A stretch of 64,000 nucleotides of DNA from a virus (IMGVR_UViG_3300045391_003317:6720-70719); one strand, 5' to 3'. Shown: positions 29,078 to 39,581, counted from the first letter of the stretch. The notes: generated by a model not told the origin, from the sequence alone. Numbers and translations: made by a program.

Positions 29078-30592
29078 ATGCAGATCACGAAACTAGGACG
29101 GCTCTCGACGCCGCGCGATTCGGCGGAGATACGCGATCAGTTTCTCCGCGACGTGCGCCTTGCGGCGATCGACGTCGGTATTACCGATCCGCCGGTCGCT
29201 CCGGGAACAGACTGGTGGCTGCTCGGCAGTGGGCTTGCCGAGATGCAGATCGTCTCGCTTGCCAACATGACGATTGGCATCGATGACCAGAACATTCTCG
29301 ACGCCACCGGTGAAGCGCTAGACAAGATTCGCCGTGCTCTTGCGTTGCCCGAAGTCACCGCCGCGCCCGCAAGCGGCAAGGTAAAGATCACGACGTTCGG
29401 CAGCGTGACGGTCGTCAACGGGCAGCAGTTTCTTTACCCGAACGGCCTCCGCGGCAAAGTAGTAAGCACGTACGTTAACCCGCCCGATGGCCGCGAAATC
29501 GATGTGGTTGCGATCGACACCGGTACGCAGACGAATCTCGCTGCGGGCACGGTAGTTCGTTTTCTTTCGCCGCCGGCGAATCTCGCCACCGATGCGACGG
29601 TCTCGGACGGCGAGCCGCTAACCGGCGGAACCGACGCAGAGGACGACGAACGCAAGCGCGATCGCATCCTAAACACGCTCAGGAACAAGCCAGCCGGCGG
29701 CAATTGGGCGCACCTTCGACAGATCGCGCTGGACGAGCTTGGCACGGTTCAGGATTGCTACGTATACCCGGCACCAGGCGGTCCAGGAAGCACGCTGATT
29801 GTCCCGGTAAAAGACTTCGATCCAGTCAACCGAGATTGGTCGCGCGCACTTTCAAGCGCCGGATTGAATACGGTCCGCGATGCGATTCAGTCGCAAATGC
29901 CGACCGCGCAGGAGATGGTCGTCAAAGCAGTCATCGACCAGCCTGTGCACTTTACACTCAAGATGACATTGCCGGCCTCGTCGCTTAGCGGAGGCAACGG
30001 GCAAGGATGGCTTGACGCTTCGCCATGGCCGCCGCTCACGGTCGGCGACGACGATATGGTGAACATTCTGTCTGCCGTAAGCAATGTCATCCATGTCGAT
30101 GCGTTAACGACAGTGCCGCCAATCGAAGGCCAGACACGCATCGCATGGTGGTCCACTACTGATCGCAAATTCTACATCGCGCTAGTGACCGCGGTGTCAG
30201 GCTCGTCTGGGGATTGGGCGCTCACGCTTGATCGGCCCCTCGTTGATAGTACCGGTGCGGCACCCGTGGGAGGTTCCGACACCATCTCGCCAGCTGCGCA
30301 AAACATCGAGAAGTACGGCGCCGCTTGGGTCGACTTCTTTCGGACGCTCGGGCCCGGCGAGGTGACCGCGAATGCGTTCAAGATCCCGCGAGCACTGCGA
30401 CACCCGTTCGTAAGCGACGAAGACCCGAGCGACGTGACCGAGCTCTTCATTGCGAAGCTCGCGCGCGATTTCCCTGAAATCGTCGACATTCAATTCGGCG
30501 TAGAAGTGACGACGACGCCGACAGTCCCTGCAACCGTAGCCACCGCGCCGAGCATTCTCACGCCCGGCGAGTTCGGCATCTACAAGCTCTAA
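29078..30592 (+). CDS. Baseplate J-like protein
   Basis: LTGGTDAEDDERKRDRI; PAGGN; YVYPA..GPGS. Confidence 0.9.
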   Translation: MQITKLGRLSTPRDSAEIRDQFLRDVRLAAIDVGITDPPVAPGTDWWLLGSGLAEMQIVSLANMTIGIDDQNILDATGEALDKIRRALALPEVTAAPASGKVKITTFGSVTVVNGQQFLYPNGLRGKVVSTYVNPPDGREIDVVAIDTGTQTNLAAGTVVRFLSPPANLATDATVSDGEPLTGGTDAEDDERKRDRILNTLRNKPAGGNWAHLRQIALDELGTVQDCYVYPAPGGPGSTLIVPVKDFDPVNRDWSRALSSAGLNTVRDAIQSQMPTAQEMVVKAVIDQPVHFTLKMTLPASSLSGGNGQGWLDASPWPPLTVGDDDMVNILSAVSNVIHVDALTTVPPIEGQTRIAWWSTTDRKFYIALVTAVSGSSGDWALTLDRPLVDSTGAAPVGGSDTISPAAQNIEKYGAAWVDFFRTLGPGEVTANAFKIPRALRHPFVSDEDPSDVTELFIAKLARDFPEIVDIQFGVEVTTTPTVPATVATAPSILTPGEFGIYKL

Positions 30593-31134
30593 TGGCTATC
30601 GTACCTGCAGGCCTGCCCGCGTGGACTCGCACAGGGATACACACGCAATACGGCGGCGACGTAAACAAGCGCAACATCCTCTCACAAGGAGTGATCGACG
30701 CGCAAACGGACGTAGGCGCAGACGAGTTCGCGCGGCTCGCGGCAGATCTCGAAGCCATTGTTCGTACCGCGCCGTTCGCTGTCATCACGTACGCCTGCAA
30801 TGATACAAGCCCGAACCCGCCGACGATCTTCACCGTCTTCGGGATGATCGGCGTCAATTACACCTACTATCTTGGCACTTCTCCGCCGACCGGTTTCCCG
30901 TCGGCAGCCCGCAACGGAAACGACGACGTGACATTCACCTTCGCGTCCTCGTACCAAGATCCATACGCGGTTGCCGGTACGTTTGTGCCATACCACGCGA
31001 TCGCGTCATGCCATGGCTCCTCGGCACGCATCGCAACCGTGGATCTTGTTTCTGCGACGACGCTTCGCGTGCGCGGATTCAATGACGCCGGCACGGCCGG
31101 CACCGACAATCGATTCACGCTGATGGTGTGGTGA
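30592..31134 (+). CDS. Baseplate-associated protein (mosaic paralog)
   Basis: N-terminus matches gene 31577; C-terminal domain matches gene 31134. Confidence 0.7.
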   Translation: MAIVPAGLPAWTRTGIHTQYGGDVNKRNILSQGVIDAQTDVGADEFARLAADLEAIVRTAPFAVITYACNDTSPNPPTIFTVFGMIGVNYTYYLGTSPPTGFPSAARNGNDDVTFTFASSYQDPYAVAGTFVPYHAIASCHGSSARIATVDLVSATTLRVRGFNDAGTAGTDNRFTLMVW

Positions 31135-31577
31135 TGGGCTTCGGCGCCTTCTGTCCGATGCCGCTTCGCCTTGGCGGGAGCTCACTCGAAGGGCTGACGC
31201 CTGAGCAGCACGCGCGAATTTGCGCCGACGTGGTTGCGGCCAAGCGAACGGTGCCAGTCGCCGTGCTCACGTACACGAAGAGCGGCGGCACTATCACGCT
31301 GCACAACTACACCGGGATGAATGGCCGCGGGCTCGCGTACGCACCAACAGCGACGTCGATCTCGACTGGTCGCACGGGCTTTTCATGGTCCGGAATCTTC
31401 GAGGACCCTTACGAGATCACCTACCCGATCAACCTGCAACATGGCGTTGCCTGCGTGCACGGTGCGACTGGGATCATCGCCATCGTGACAATCGGCGGCA
31501 CATACGCATTTGAAGTGCGGACAATCTCTCATGCCGGCACCGCAACTGACTGCAAGGTTACGGTAGCTCTTTCCTGA
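31134..31577 (+). CDS. Baseplate-associated protein
   Basis: TGATG overlaps; paralogous to 30592. Confidence 0.7.
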   Translation: MGFGAFCPMPLRLGGSSLEGLTPEQHARICADVVAAKRTVPVAVLTYTKSGGTITLHNYTGMNGRGLAYAPTATSISTGRTGFSWSGIFEDPYEITYPINLQHGVACVHGATGIIAIVTIGGTYAFEVRTISHAGTATDCKVTVALS

Positions 31578-32335
31578 TGACGACGCTCGCGACATGTGTC
31601 CCGACCGGGCTACCCGCGTGGAGCCGCGTCGCCGACATCGGTGATTACGGCGGCGCCGACGACAAGCGCGCATCCGAGACCGAAGGCGATAGCCCGTACA
31701 CTGTCGCGGTGTATCGAGATCTCCAGAACATGCGCGGCAGCGCGTACACGAAAAAGTCCGGCACGGTCGTTCACGCAGAAAATCTCGCGCTAGCGCGGAC
31801 GATTGCCGCCGTAGGATTCAGGAAGCCGGAGCAACTCAGAGCAAACGCGGTACCGCTCACTTCCGGCGAACGCCTTGACTACTGGGTAAAGGTCCTCGGC
31901 TTACCGACGCGGCTCAACGAGCAGCGCTGGCAACTCAGGCAACGCGCGGCAGCCCATTATCACGCTGTCGTCGGTCCTACCCGAGCCAATGTCGAAGCCG
32001 CAGTGCAAGAGCTACTCGGTGACGTTTTTGTAGCGCTCTACGTGAACGAAGGAACGGACCTCGCGACGCCTCCAGATCCGACCTTTTGGCCTGGCATCAA
32101 TCCGGGCTCGTCGGATGACAATCTCGGCGGCGGCGCATGGAATAGCATTCGTTGCCACGTCTATGTCGAGGTCATGCAGCCGTCCGGCATGACGATCGAC
32201 GAGTTCCTAAACATCACCGAAGTGCAGCTGTTCCAGCTACTCGATCGAATGCTGCCTGCTTGGGCGACATTCAGTTGGTTTCACGGTGACGGGTTCGAGC
32301 TCGATCAGGACCTCTTGGACTTCGATTCGCTATGA
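31577..32335 (+). CDS. Baseplate wedge protein (P2 gpI/YmfQ-like)
   Basis: LDYWVKVLGLP..RQR; LDRMLPAW. Confidence 0.7.
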   Translation: MTTLATCVPTGLPAWSRVADIGDYGGADDKRASETEGDSPYTVAVYRDLQNMRGSAYTKKSGTVVHAENLALARTIAAVGFRKPEQLRANAVPLTSGERLDYWVKVLGLPTRLNEQRWQLRQRAAAHYHAVVGPTRANVEAAVQELLGDVFVALYVNEGTDLATPPDPTFWPGINPGSSDDNLGGGAWNSIRCHVYVEVMQPSGMTIDEFLNITEVQLFQLLDRMLPAWATFSWFHGDGFELDQDLLDFDSL

Positions 32336-33009
32336 CATTTGTCAGATCAAAAGCATCCGCGTACCTTACGCGCGAGAAGCTTCCGAGCAGCGCACCGACG
32401 CTTTGGGACACGCAGTTCCAGAACGCGCTCGACGGGGCAGCCGGGGGCACGTACGCGCCAAGTGCAGCGATTATCATCAACGGTTCAGGGATGCAGTTCG
32501 GCGCCATTCCTGCGCTGACTTCGCAGAGTGTGACGCGCATCCAGGCGCTTCGACCGATCGACAAGAACTCGTGGACTTGGAGCACGAATGCAGGCGCGTG
32601 GGTTCAGAACGCATCTGCCGATTATCTTTGGATACCGCTCAACGATATTCCGGACCACTCGAGCCTGGTCTCCGTTCGGATCATGCTAAACGCCGCGGCT
32701 GGCGACGGCGGAGCCTACACGGGTTCACTTCCGACTGTGATGCCGACGCTCTCGGTTCAGTACGTGAATAACAGCGGCGTTGTAGGCGGCACGGGAACGC
32801 CAACGACGGATGCGTCCGGCTCACTCGCTGCATTCAATGCGGCACACTCGATTACGTTTACGCTTTCGTCTCCGCTCGCGGTCGACATGGGTAGCGCCAG
32901 ACAGGCGATCTACGCGCTCATCAACGGTGTTGGCACCGGCTACCAAGCGAACAAGCTGGGAATTTTGCAGCTCGACGCGGTGTTTACGGTAACGAAGGTC
33001 AACGCCTAG
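32332..33009 (+). CDS. Tail fibre proximal/attachment protein
   Basis: NALDGAAGGTYAPS; position after wedge. Confidence 0.55.
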   Translation: MTFVRSKASAYLTREKLPSSAPTLWDTQFQNALDGAAGGTYAPSAAIIINGSGMQFGAIPALTSQSVTRIQALRPIDKNSWTWSTNAGAWVQNASADYLWIPLNDIPDHSSLVSVRIMLNAAAGDGGAYTGSLPTVMPTLSVQYVNNSGVVGGTGTPTTDASGSLAAFNAAHSITFTLSSPLAVDMGSARQAIYALINGVGTGYQANKLGILQLDAVFTVTKVNA

Positions 33010-33011
33010 GC

Positions 33012-34187
33012 ATGCCGACGATAACTACGGCGCCGGTAAGCCCCGTCTCGGGCATCAAGTGCACGGTCGTCTTCACGCTCACCCATATCGACGGCGAGGC
33101 CACCGTAATTGAAGCCGGGAACTACATCCGTGTCTGGTGCGTTATCGCACCGACCGACAGTGAGCTCGACAAGAAGCTAAAAGCAGACGCGCTCGCGCGA
33201 GTGTTGGTGTTCGAGGGCGACGCACCGATCGATCGCGACGACGTCGACGAACTTCGCAAGGCGAAGTGGCATCACAAGTTTGATAAAGGCGGCAAGTACA
33301 CCTTCGTCGTCCAGAACTACTCGCTGCCAGCGGAATGGGGCGGCGGCTATCAGGGAGATATCCGCGCCTATCAGACTGACGCAAATGGGAATCCAACGGC
33401 GGAGAAAAAAGAGGACGTCGAGCAGACGGTTACTCTCTACGTTGCCCAAAAGCTAACCTCTCCGATCGGCGCCGGTACAGACCGGGCTGAGCTGACGTGT
33501 GTCGTCAAAGAAGCGACGATCATTGAAACCACGCTAGCGACGCATGGCATAGTGACGCCTGCGATCGTCAATCCGAAATCGGACCGGGCGCGCGCGGCAA
33601 TCGATGACTCAAATGTTCAGACGGCGCTTTCTGGTTTGAAAAATTCGGTCGCCGTTCTTTCCTTGGGCACTCTCTCCACCATCGTCTCCGACATCCGCAG
33701 CAAGCAAAACGCGCACAACACATCCGTTGGCGTCCACAACACCGGCGATTCGACGAACGCTATTCTTTCCGAGCTCGCGTCCGACCCAACGCCGAAGACG
33801 CTGATGGAGTTCGTCAACGCAGCGCTACTCCGGATGCGCCGTCACCGGCTAAACGACAACGGTAACGGCACTGCAAGCGCGGCGTATCATCAGATCTCCG
33901 GGAACGGCAAAGCCGACTTCAAGTACACGCCGCTATTCCAAAGCGTCTCCACACCGGAAGATGCCTACGCGGCACTTGCCGACCTGTGGCGCTGTCACGA
34001 GGGACATCGCACGAACACCGCCGTGCATTCCTCGGCAGATGTGACGAACGTGCTCAGCGTTTCGTCGCCAATTCTGCTCGTTCATAAGCGGTTTCTCGAG
34101 GCACTGGCGGCGAGTGCGGCGAATCCTAGTCCGGCGGATTCGTCGGCAGCGTCGCTACTCCGAACGTGGGGCTGGAAAGACTCCTAA
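33012..34187 (+). CDS. Putative tail/virion protein
   Basis: 391 aa in the tail operon; His-spaced H...TGVH repeats near the C-terminus. Confidence 0.55.
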   Translation: MPTITTAPVSPVSGIKCTVVFTLTHIDGEATVIEAGNYIRVWCVIAPTDSELDKKLKADALARVLVFEGDAPIDRDDVDELRKAKWHHKFDKGGKYTFVVQNYSLPAEWGGGYQGDIRAYQTDANGNPTAEKKEDVEQTVTLYVAQKLTSPIGAGTDRAELTCVVKEATIIETTLATHGIVTPAIVNPKSDRARAAIDDSNVQTALSGLKNSVAVLSLGTLSTIVSDIRSKQNAHNTSVGVHNTGDSTNAILSELASDPTPKTLMEFVNAALLRMRRHRLNDNGNGTASAAYHQISGNGKADFKYTPLFQSVSTPEDAYAALADLWRCHEGHRTNTAVHSSADVTNVLSVSSPILLVHKRFLEALAASAANPSPADSSAASLLRTWGWKDS

Positions 34188-34193
34188 CCGATC

Positions 34194-34958
34194 ATGGCAG
34201 GCATTCTAGCAATCAGCGCCAGCCGACAAATGACGGCAGGCGAGACGGGCGCCTCTGCGTCCGTTTCCGGGTTCGTTGTCGGTGAGCAGGTCACGCTGAC
34301 GACCACACCGACTGGAACCAATTACGCTTGGATCCAGTCGATCCCGATCTCCTCGGGCCCAGCGAAGTCAAGACTATCCGATGACACCGGCGCGTCCGTC
34401 TCGTTCGTTCCTGATGTCGGCGGCATCTATGTCGTAGGCGTCCAGGTCGATGCCGTAACGGTTTACACGCTTTCGCTGAGCGTCACGGATACTGCTGTGT
34501 CCTCGCCCTACGAAGCGATCCGACTGCAGCAAATCGCAGATGCAGGCGTGCCGGCTCCGGTTGCTGGAGCTGTTGCGCTCTACGAGTCGATCGCGCTCGC
34601 GCAGCTAGTCCAGAAAAATGACGCGAATCGCATCACGCCAATCGGCCCCGTCGGGACGATCGGCGCGAACCTGACGGACGCAGACCAGACGCTGCTAGCC
34701 AGCGAAGGTGTGCACCGATCTATTCCCGAGAGCACGCAGACCGCGATCCGCACGAAGACGCTAGGAACAAGCGGCGCGCTGCTCGGCGATGTCATTTGGA
34801 TTCATCGCTTCGACGTCACGAGCTTTACAACGCCCATTGTTAACGGTGGTCCGGGAGCAGGAACGCTCCTCACCTTCGCGGCGAGTGCGCGTGTTTCGGC
34901 TGCTTTCAAGTTTGATTCCACGAATTGGATTCTCCACGAGCGGAGAAGATTAACATGA
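34194..34958 (+). CDS. Putative tail protein (PKD/Ig-like N-terminus)
   Basis: TNYAW...ASVSFVPDVGGIYVVGVQV. Confidence 0.55.
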   Translation: MAGILAISASRQMTAGETGASASVSGFVVGEQVTLTTTPTGTNYAWIQSIPISSGPAKSRLSDDTGASVSFVPDVGGIYVVGVQVDAVTVYTLSLSVTDTAVSSPYEAIRLQQIADAGVPAPVAGAVALYESIALAQLVQKNDANRITPIGPVGTIGANLTDADQTLLASEGVHRSIPESTQTAIRTKTLGTSGALLGDVIWIHRFDVTSFTTPIVNGGPGAGTLLTFAASARVSAAFKFDSTNWILHERRRLT

Positions 34959-37315
34959 GCGGCTTAAGCGCAGCGTTTACCGTCAATTCGGCACCGAACC
35001 CCGCCGAGCAAATCGTCGCCTATTCCTCGACGGTTAATCTTGCTTTGACGTCTCTCGTCGGCGTTAATGTGATCACGTGGGAAATCCTGTCATGCAGCAA
35101 GGCAGGCGACAGTCTCCCGACGATCACGACAGGCGGATCTCCACTCGGAGCGACAGCGTCGTTCGTGATGCCGTCATCTCCCGGCGACAATCTCGGGCGC
35201 ACTTTTCTCGTTCGTTGCTTCGTGCAGTCGAAGGGCAAGGACACTGCCGTCGCGTACGGCGTTGTCGGCGCTGTCAATGCAAACGGCCTCCTGCCGATTT
35301 GCCCCGGCGAGGAGCTCTATCGCCACGCCACGCACGGCTGGTCGCAGGCGGTCAATTACGCGCTTTCGGTCGCCGGCACATCGAACGCTACGTCACTCGT
35401 CGGCAAAACGCTCGACTCCTCGACGTTCACGACGCCGAATCAGTACGATCATATCGAGTACGACGGCACGAAGTGGGTCTCGCAAAAAGACCTCAACTTC
35501 GCATCCGGAGCGGTACTCAATTGGGCCGCGGGAACTACTGCTTCGCTGAAGATCGCCGGCACGGCGTGGCTCTCGTCGACGGCGGCACTAAGTGCGTTTA
35601 ACCAGCCGATCAGTGTCACAAGTAGCGGCGCCCCGGTAGCTTCCACCGGGTTTATACGAGGACCATCGGCAACCGGCACAAGACTGCGTAATGCCGCCAA
35701 CTCAGGGGACCATATCACCATCGGAACTGATGGATCTGACGTCATGTACGTCGGAAACAATCAGCTGCACACCGCGCTGCATATCTACGGCGGCACCGGC
35801 AGCATTACCTTTCGCCCGATTGACGGTAACACTCGCGCGACGGTCGACACGAATGGTCTGACGCTGGCCGCTGCCTACCAAATGAATTGGGCGAGCGGCA
35901 CGGCGGCTCTCTCGATTGGCGGTACGAATTGGCTTACAAGCACTACGGCGCGCACGCAGATCGTTAACGCGCTTTCGATTGGCGGGAATGCGTCGCAGAC
36001 GGACATATTGGGTCTACCAAACGCGACTTTCATCGTCGTTAGGAACGCGGCCAACTCGGCCGATCTGGCCCTTTTCGGGACTGACTCATCGAATAACGTC
36101 TATGTCGGCGGCGATACCGGCACTGGTAGTCTATCCCTGCGCGGCACGACTACGGTGCAGCTTCGAGCGGCGGCTACTACCGTCGCGATCGTTCGTTCGG
36201 ATCAAGTCGAGCTTCAGGCCGGGTTCTTGCTCGATTGGGCATCCGGTACGGCACATCTTTCGATAGCCAATACCGACTGGATGAGTTCGACGGCGTCGCT
36301 TACGACCGTGAACAGCGGTGCCTTGCAAGTGGGCACGTCTGGCGTAGCGACCGCCGGTCAGGTTCGGCTCGCGCGCGGTTCGCTGCCGTTGATTGCGACC
36401 AGGAACAATGCCGCGACGAACGACATTCAGCTGCTCACGTTGAGCACGGACACAATTGTCGTCGGCGGAAGCGGCGCAGGGAACGGGAGCATTCAGTTCA
36501 GTGTTCCTACCGCATTCGGTTTCAATTTTCTGGTTAATAGCGTCGACCAGTGCGCGATTTCTGCGACTGACATCTCGCTGAAATTCGGCGGAGCAACCGT
36601 AGCGAGCGCCGGAACCGTCCGCAACGCGGTTAACACCTTCTACGACTGGCGCAATAACGGCAACTCGGCAAACATCGCGGCCTTCGGCGTCAACACGAGC
36701 GATCAAGTGCTCGTTGGCGACGGGACGAACAACGCGAACGTGCTCCTTAATGCGAGTAGCTCCTGTTCGCTTCAGGTTGGCGGAACATCGTATTTAACAG
36801 TCAGCACGTCGACACTCACGCTTGGAATGGGGACGCTATCATTCGCGTCCACCGTGACGCCGCTCATCCAGCAGGCTTCTACGGGTACCAGCGACGCCAC
36901 CGGGGCGATATTTTCGATTACGCCGCAAGCAGTAACGGGTGCCGGGACTACGATCACAGGCGCCACAATGTTCATACGCGGCGGCGCCGCGAACGGCGGT
37001 ACCGCAACCAATAAAGTCGGTGGCCCGTTGCTTTTGCGCGGCGGACAGGGCGATGCATCGAACCCGGGCGCGGTAAAGATTCAGTCTTCCGGCGGTACGG
37101 ACTATTTCGTCACCGATGAGGCTGCTTCCGGTGGTGCGCGCGTTCGCGTGACAACGAGTTGCTGGCTTGAGATTATCAAGCGGCAAGCGGTTGGCGGCGG
37201 CGCAACGGCAACGCTCAGCACGATCGGCGGTTCTGGTCCAGCTACGGCCGGGCAGAACGAGTGGTGCGAAATCTACGTGAACGGGAACAAACGATGGTTT
37301 CCCGTATGGGCATGA
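34955..37315 (+). CDS. Tail fibre / receptor-binding protein with internal repeats
   Basis: About 786 aa Gly/Ser/Thr/Ala-rich; 3-4 repeats of NWASGT..L.I..T.W.SST and RNAANS.D....GTD....YVG. Confidence 0.75.
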   Translation: MSGLSAAFTVNSAPNPAEQIVAYSSTVNLALTSLVGVNVITWEILSCSKAGDSLPTITTGGSPLGATASFVMPSSPGDNLGRTFLVRCFVQSKGKDTAVAYGVVGAVNANGLLPICPGEELYRHATHGWSQAVNYALSVAGTSNATSLVGKTLDSSTFTTPNQYDHIEYDGTKWVSQKDLNFASGAVLNWAAGTTASLKIAGTAWLSSTAALSAFNQPISVTSSGAPVASTGFIRGPSATGTRLRNAANSGDHITIGTDGSDVMYVGNNQLHTALHIYGGTGSITFRPIDGNTRATVDTNGLTLAAAYQMNWASGTAALSIGGTNWLTSTTARTQIVNALSIGGNASQTDILGLPNATFIVVRNAANSADLALFGTDSSNNVYVGGDTGTGSLSLRGTTTVQLRAAATTVAIVRSDQVELQAGFLLDWASGTAHLSIANTDWMSSTASLTTVNSGALQVGTSGVATAGQVRLARGSLPLIATRNNAATNDIQLLTLSTDTIVVGGSGAGNGSIQFSVPTAFGFNFLVNSVDQCAISATDISLKFGGATVASAGTVRNAVNTFYDWRNNGNSANIAAFGVNTSDQVLVGDGTNNANVLLNASSSCSLQVGGTSYLTVSTSTLTLGMGTLSFASTVTPLIQQASTGTSDATGAIFSITPQAVTGAGTTITGATMFIRGGAANGGTATNKVGGPLLLRGGQGDASNPGAVKIQSSGGTDYFVTDEAASGGARVRVTTSCWLEIIKRQAVGGGATATLSTIGGSGPATAGQNEWCEIYVNGNKRWFPVWA

Positions 37316-37806
37316 AGAAAAGGATTAGGGAAATGGGAGCACAGAAAGAACCTGTTAAGCGGGAGCAACAGGCCAAGACAGAGAAGCCGGCAGCGATCGC
37401 AAAGGACCATGTGCAGGTCCCGGTACCGGAACCGATTCGCAAGGGCGAGGCGACCATTACTGCGTATGATCTGGTCGACTACGTTTCGAATAACGATCCA
37501 GATCTTTGCCAAAACTTTCTCGGGATCGCGGCCTCGCGCGCATTAAAAAGCGCTCTTAAAGACAAGACACCAGGCGAGCTAAGCGACCCGATTCACCGCG
37601 AAGATCTGAAACGGTTCGTGAAAGTGATCACGAAAGAGAGCGGGCCAGTCGGCGGGTTTCCGTACTTTATCGGGATCGCAAAGGCGATTGTTAACGGGCG
37701 CGAAGTTGTTCAACAACAGCAGCAGAACCCGCCCGTCGAAGAGACGTTTCGTCTGCTCGAAGTGTTCATCGCGGCGGAGATGCCGGCGAAAAAGGACGTG
37801 AATTGA
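37312..37806 (+). CDS. Hypothetical protein (possible fibre chaperone)
   Basis: ATGA overlap after fibre. Confidence 0.55.
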   Translation: MKKRIREMGAQKEPVKREQQAKTEKPAAIAKDHVQVPVPEPIRKGEATITAYDLVDYVSNNDPDLCQNFLGIAASRALKSALKDKTPGELSDPIHREDLKRFVKVITKESGPVGGFPYFIGIAKAIVNGREVVQQQQQNPPVEETFRLLEVFIAAEMPAKKDVN

Positions 37807-37808
37807 AA

Positions 37809-38153
37809 ATGGCTCAGCAAGTGCACCTGTTCAAAGTTCTCGACGGCCCCTACGAGGGACAGTGGCGCGGTCGCGTTACTGATGACAATACGAACGAGCA
37901 TCACGAGGCGGTTATCCCGGACGAGTTCCGCGACGCGCTAGACGCTGCACGTGAAGCCGCTCTCGGCGACGCGGACGGCTCAGAAAAGGTGCAGCTGCAG
38001 CGTCACCTCACGGCGATTCACAACGCGCACGCGGCGAAGATCACCGCGGAACATCAAGCGTGGCGCGCGGAGAAAGAAGCCAAGGAAGCTGAGGCGGCCA
38101 AGGCGGAAGCCGAATCGTCGCTTTCGGAAGCGCGCAAGCGAGTGAAGAAATAA
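37809..38153 (+). CDS. Hypothetical protein (possible fibre assembly)
   Basis: Charged helical C-terminus. Confidence 0.55.
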   Translation: MAQQVHLFKVLDGPYEGQWRGRVTDDNTNEHHEAVIPDEFRDALDAAREAALGDADGSEKVQLQRHLTAIHNAHAAKITAEHQAWRAEKEAKEAEAAKAEAESSLSEARKRVKK

Positions 38154-38269
38154 ACCGACCCGGCGGATCCCCCGATCCGCCTCTCTCGTGCGCGCATCAC
38201 CACTGACGGGCATCCTCCCGCCCCGTTCCCGCGGGCTGTGGTTATGCGCGCCCTAGAGAGGATACATCC

Positions 38270-38530
38270 ATGCGAATCATTATTCTCCTGGTCGCGACGA
38301 GCGTGTGTCTCGTTGCGGGGTGCGCATCCGAGCAAGAGCCGCCTGGGTGCACGCCCATCGACGCGCAAGCAATCGCGGCTGTCTACGCTGCCGAAGCGGC
38401 GCCCATCGTGGCAACCGGAGCATGCGACGGTTTCACGAGTAGAACGTGTCCAGCGCTGAAACCTGCGCGCGATCGGTTCGATGCCGCACGTGCCGAATGG
38501 TCCAAGCGATGCAACGGAGGTGCGCCATGA
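38270..38530 (+). CDS. Small lipoprotein
   Basis: MRIIILLVATSVCLVAGC lipobox; further Cys residues. Confidence 0.7.
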   Translation: MRIIILLVATSVCLVAGCASEQEPPGCTPIDAQAIAAVYAAEAAPIVATGACDGFTSRTCPALKPARDRFDAARAEWSKRCNGGAP

Positions 38531-38709
38531 TTCCGCAATCGGTAGCCGCAACACTCATTGGACTGATTCCCGATTTGATTCACGTCATCTCGGAGGCGTT
38601 CCAGCATGACGATCCGAAGCGCGCGCTCCGAATTGGAGCAGCCGCGATGGCGGCGGAACGCAGCGGACACGCCGCTGTCGACGCGATGATCGATCGCAAC
38701 AAGAAGTAA
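38527..38709 (+). CDS. Small amphipathic protein coupled to the lipoprotein
   Basis: ATGA overlap; MIPQSVAATLIGLIPDLIHVISEAF. Confidence 0.6.
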   Translation: MIPQSVAATLIGLIPDLIHVISEAFQHDDPKRALRIGAAAMAAERSGHAAVDAMIDRNKK

Positions 38710-38813
38710 TTCGGCGCACGCAGTTCGCGTGTCCAGTTGAACAGAAACGTTTCCGTCGCGCTGCGGCGGGTGACTCACAGAGCGGCAGCGCCGCAAGAAG
38801 GAACGAATACATC

Positions 38814-39263
38814 ATGGCAAAGTACTCAAACGGTTACAGCAAGGGTTCGGCGAACGTTCAAGGCGTGGCGCTGGTGGTTGCGGCTGCGTCAGGCATGCGG
38901 CGCATCAAGATCTACGACTGGTCAATGAGCTGCGACGCATCGCCAGCGGACAACGTTTTTACCCACATCGCGCAGCGCTGCACGACTGCCGGAACCGGTT
39001 CGACCGTTACGGCAAAGCCGACGGACCCTGCCGACGCCGCTGCGGGCGCAGTCTGCAAAGATACGATCACCGCGGACCCTACGCTGACTTCTGGTGAAAT
39101 CATGATCCGTGTGCCGCTCAATCAGCGCGCGACGTTTCGATGGGTCGCGCCACCGTACGGCGAACTCGTGGTCCCTGCCACTGCATCGAACGGATTCCTG
39201 TTCGGTCTTTCGGCTGCGAGCACGACAACGATGAGCAATACTGTTTCATTCGAAGAACAGTGA
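38814..39263 (+). CDS. Beta-rich virion protein
   Basis: AAGGA RBS; LNQRATFRWVAPP.GELVVPATASNG. Confidence 0.7.
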   Translation: MAKYSNGYSKGSANVQGVALVVAAASGMRRIKIYDWSMSCDASPADNVFTHIAQRCTTAGTGSTVTAKPTDPADAAAGAVCKDTITADPTLTSGEIMIRVPLNQRATFRWVAPPYGELVVPATASNGFLFGLSAASTTTMSNTVSFEEQ

Positions 39264-39314
39264 AGGGTTGCCGGCCGCTTTTTCTGCGGTCGGCCACATC
39301 TCAAGCGAGGTCAC

Positions 39315-39581
39315 ATGTACGCTACTCGCTCTCGTGGTTACGCGATAACCGTCGATCCAGATGGGCCGACGGTTGAACAAGATTCGTTGACTTGCGTTCA
39401 CTGCAACTCGGTGTTTTTCCTCATGCCCCGGCAAGACCCGTCCGACGCAGGCGGGTTTTGCCGGCTTTGCTATGGCTACATTTGCTCGAAGTGTGCCGAC
39501 TCCGGCGAGTGTACGCCGTTCGAAAAGAAACTCGAGCAGATGGAAGCACGCGGGCGATTGTTGAAAGCGTGCGGGCTGTAG
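39315..39581 (+). CDS. Small multi-Cys Zn-binding protein
   Basis: CVHC, CRLC, CSKC motifs; GAGG RBS. Confidence 0.7.
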   Translation: MYATRSRGYAITVDPDGPTVEQDSLTCVHCNSVFFLMPRQDPSDAGGFCRLCYGYICSKCADSGECTPFEKKLEQMEARGRLLKACGL

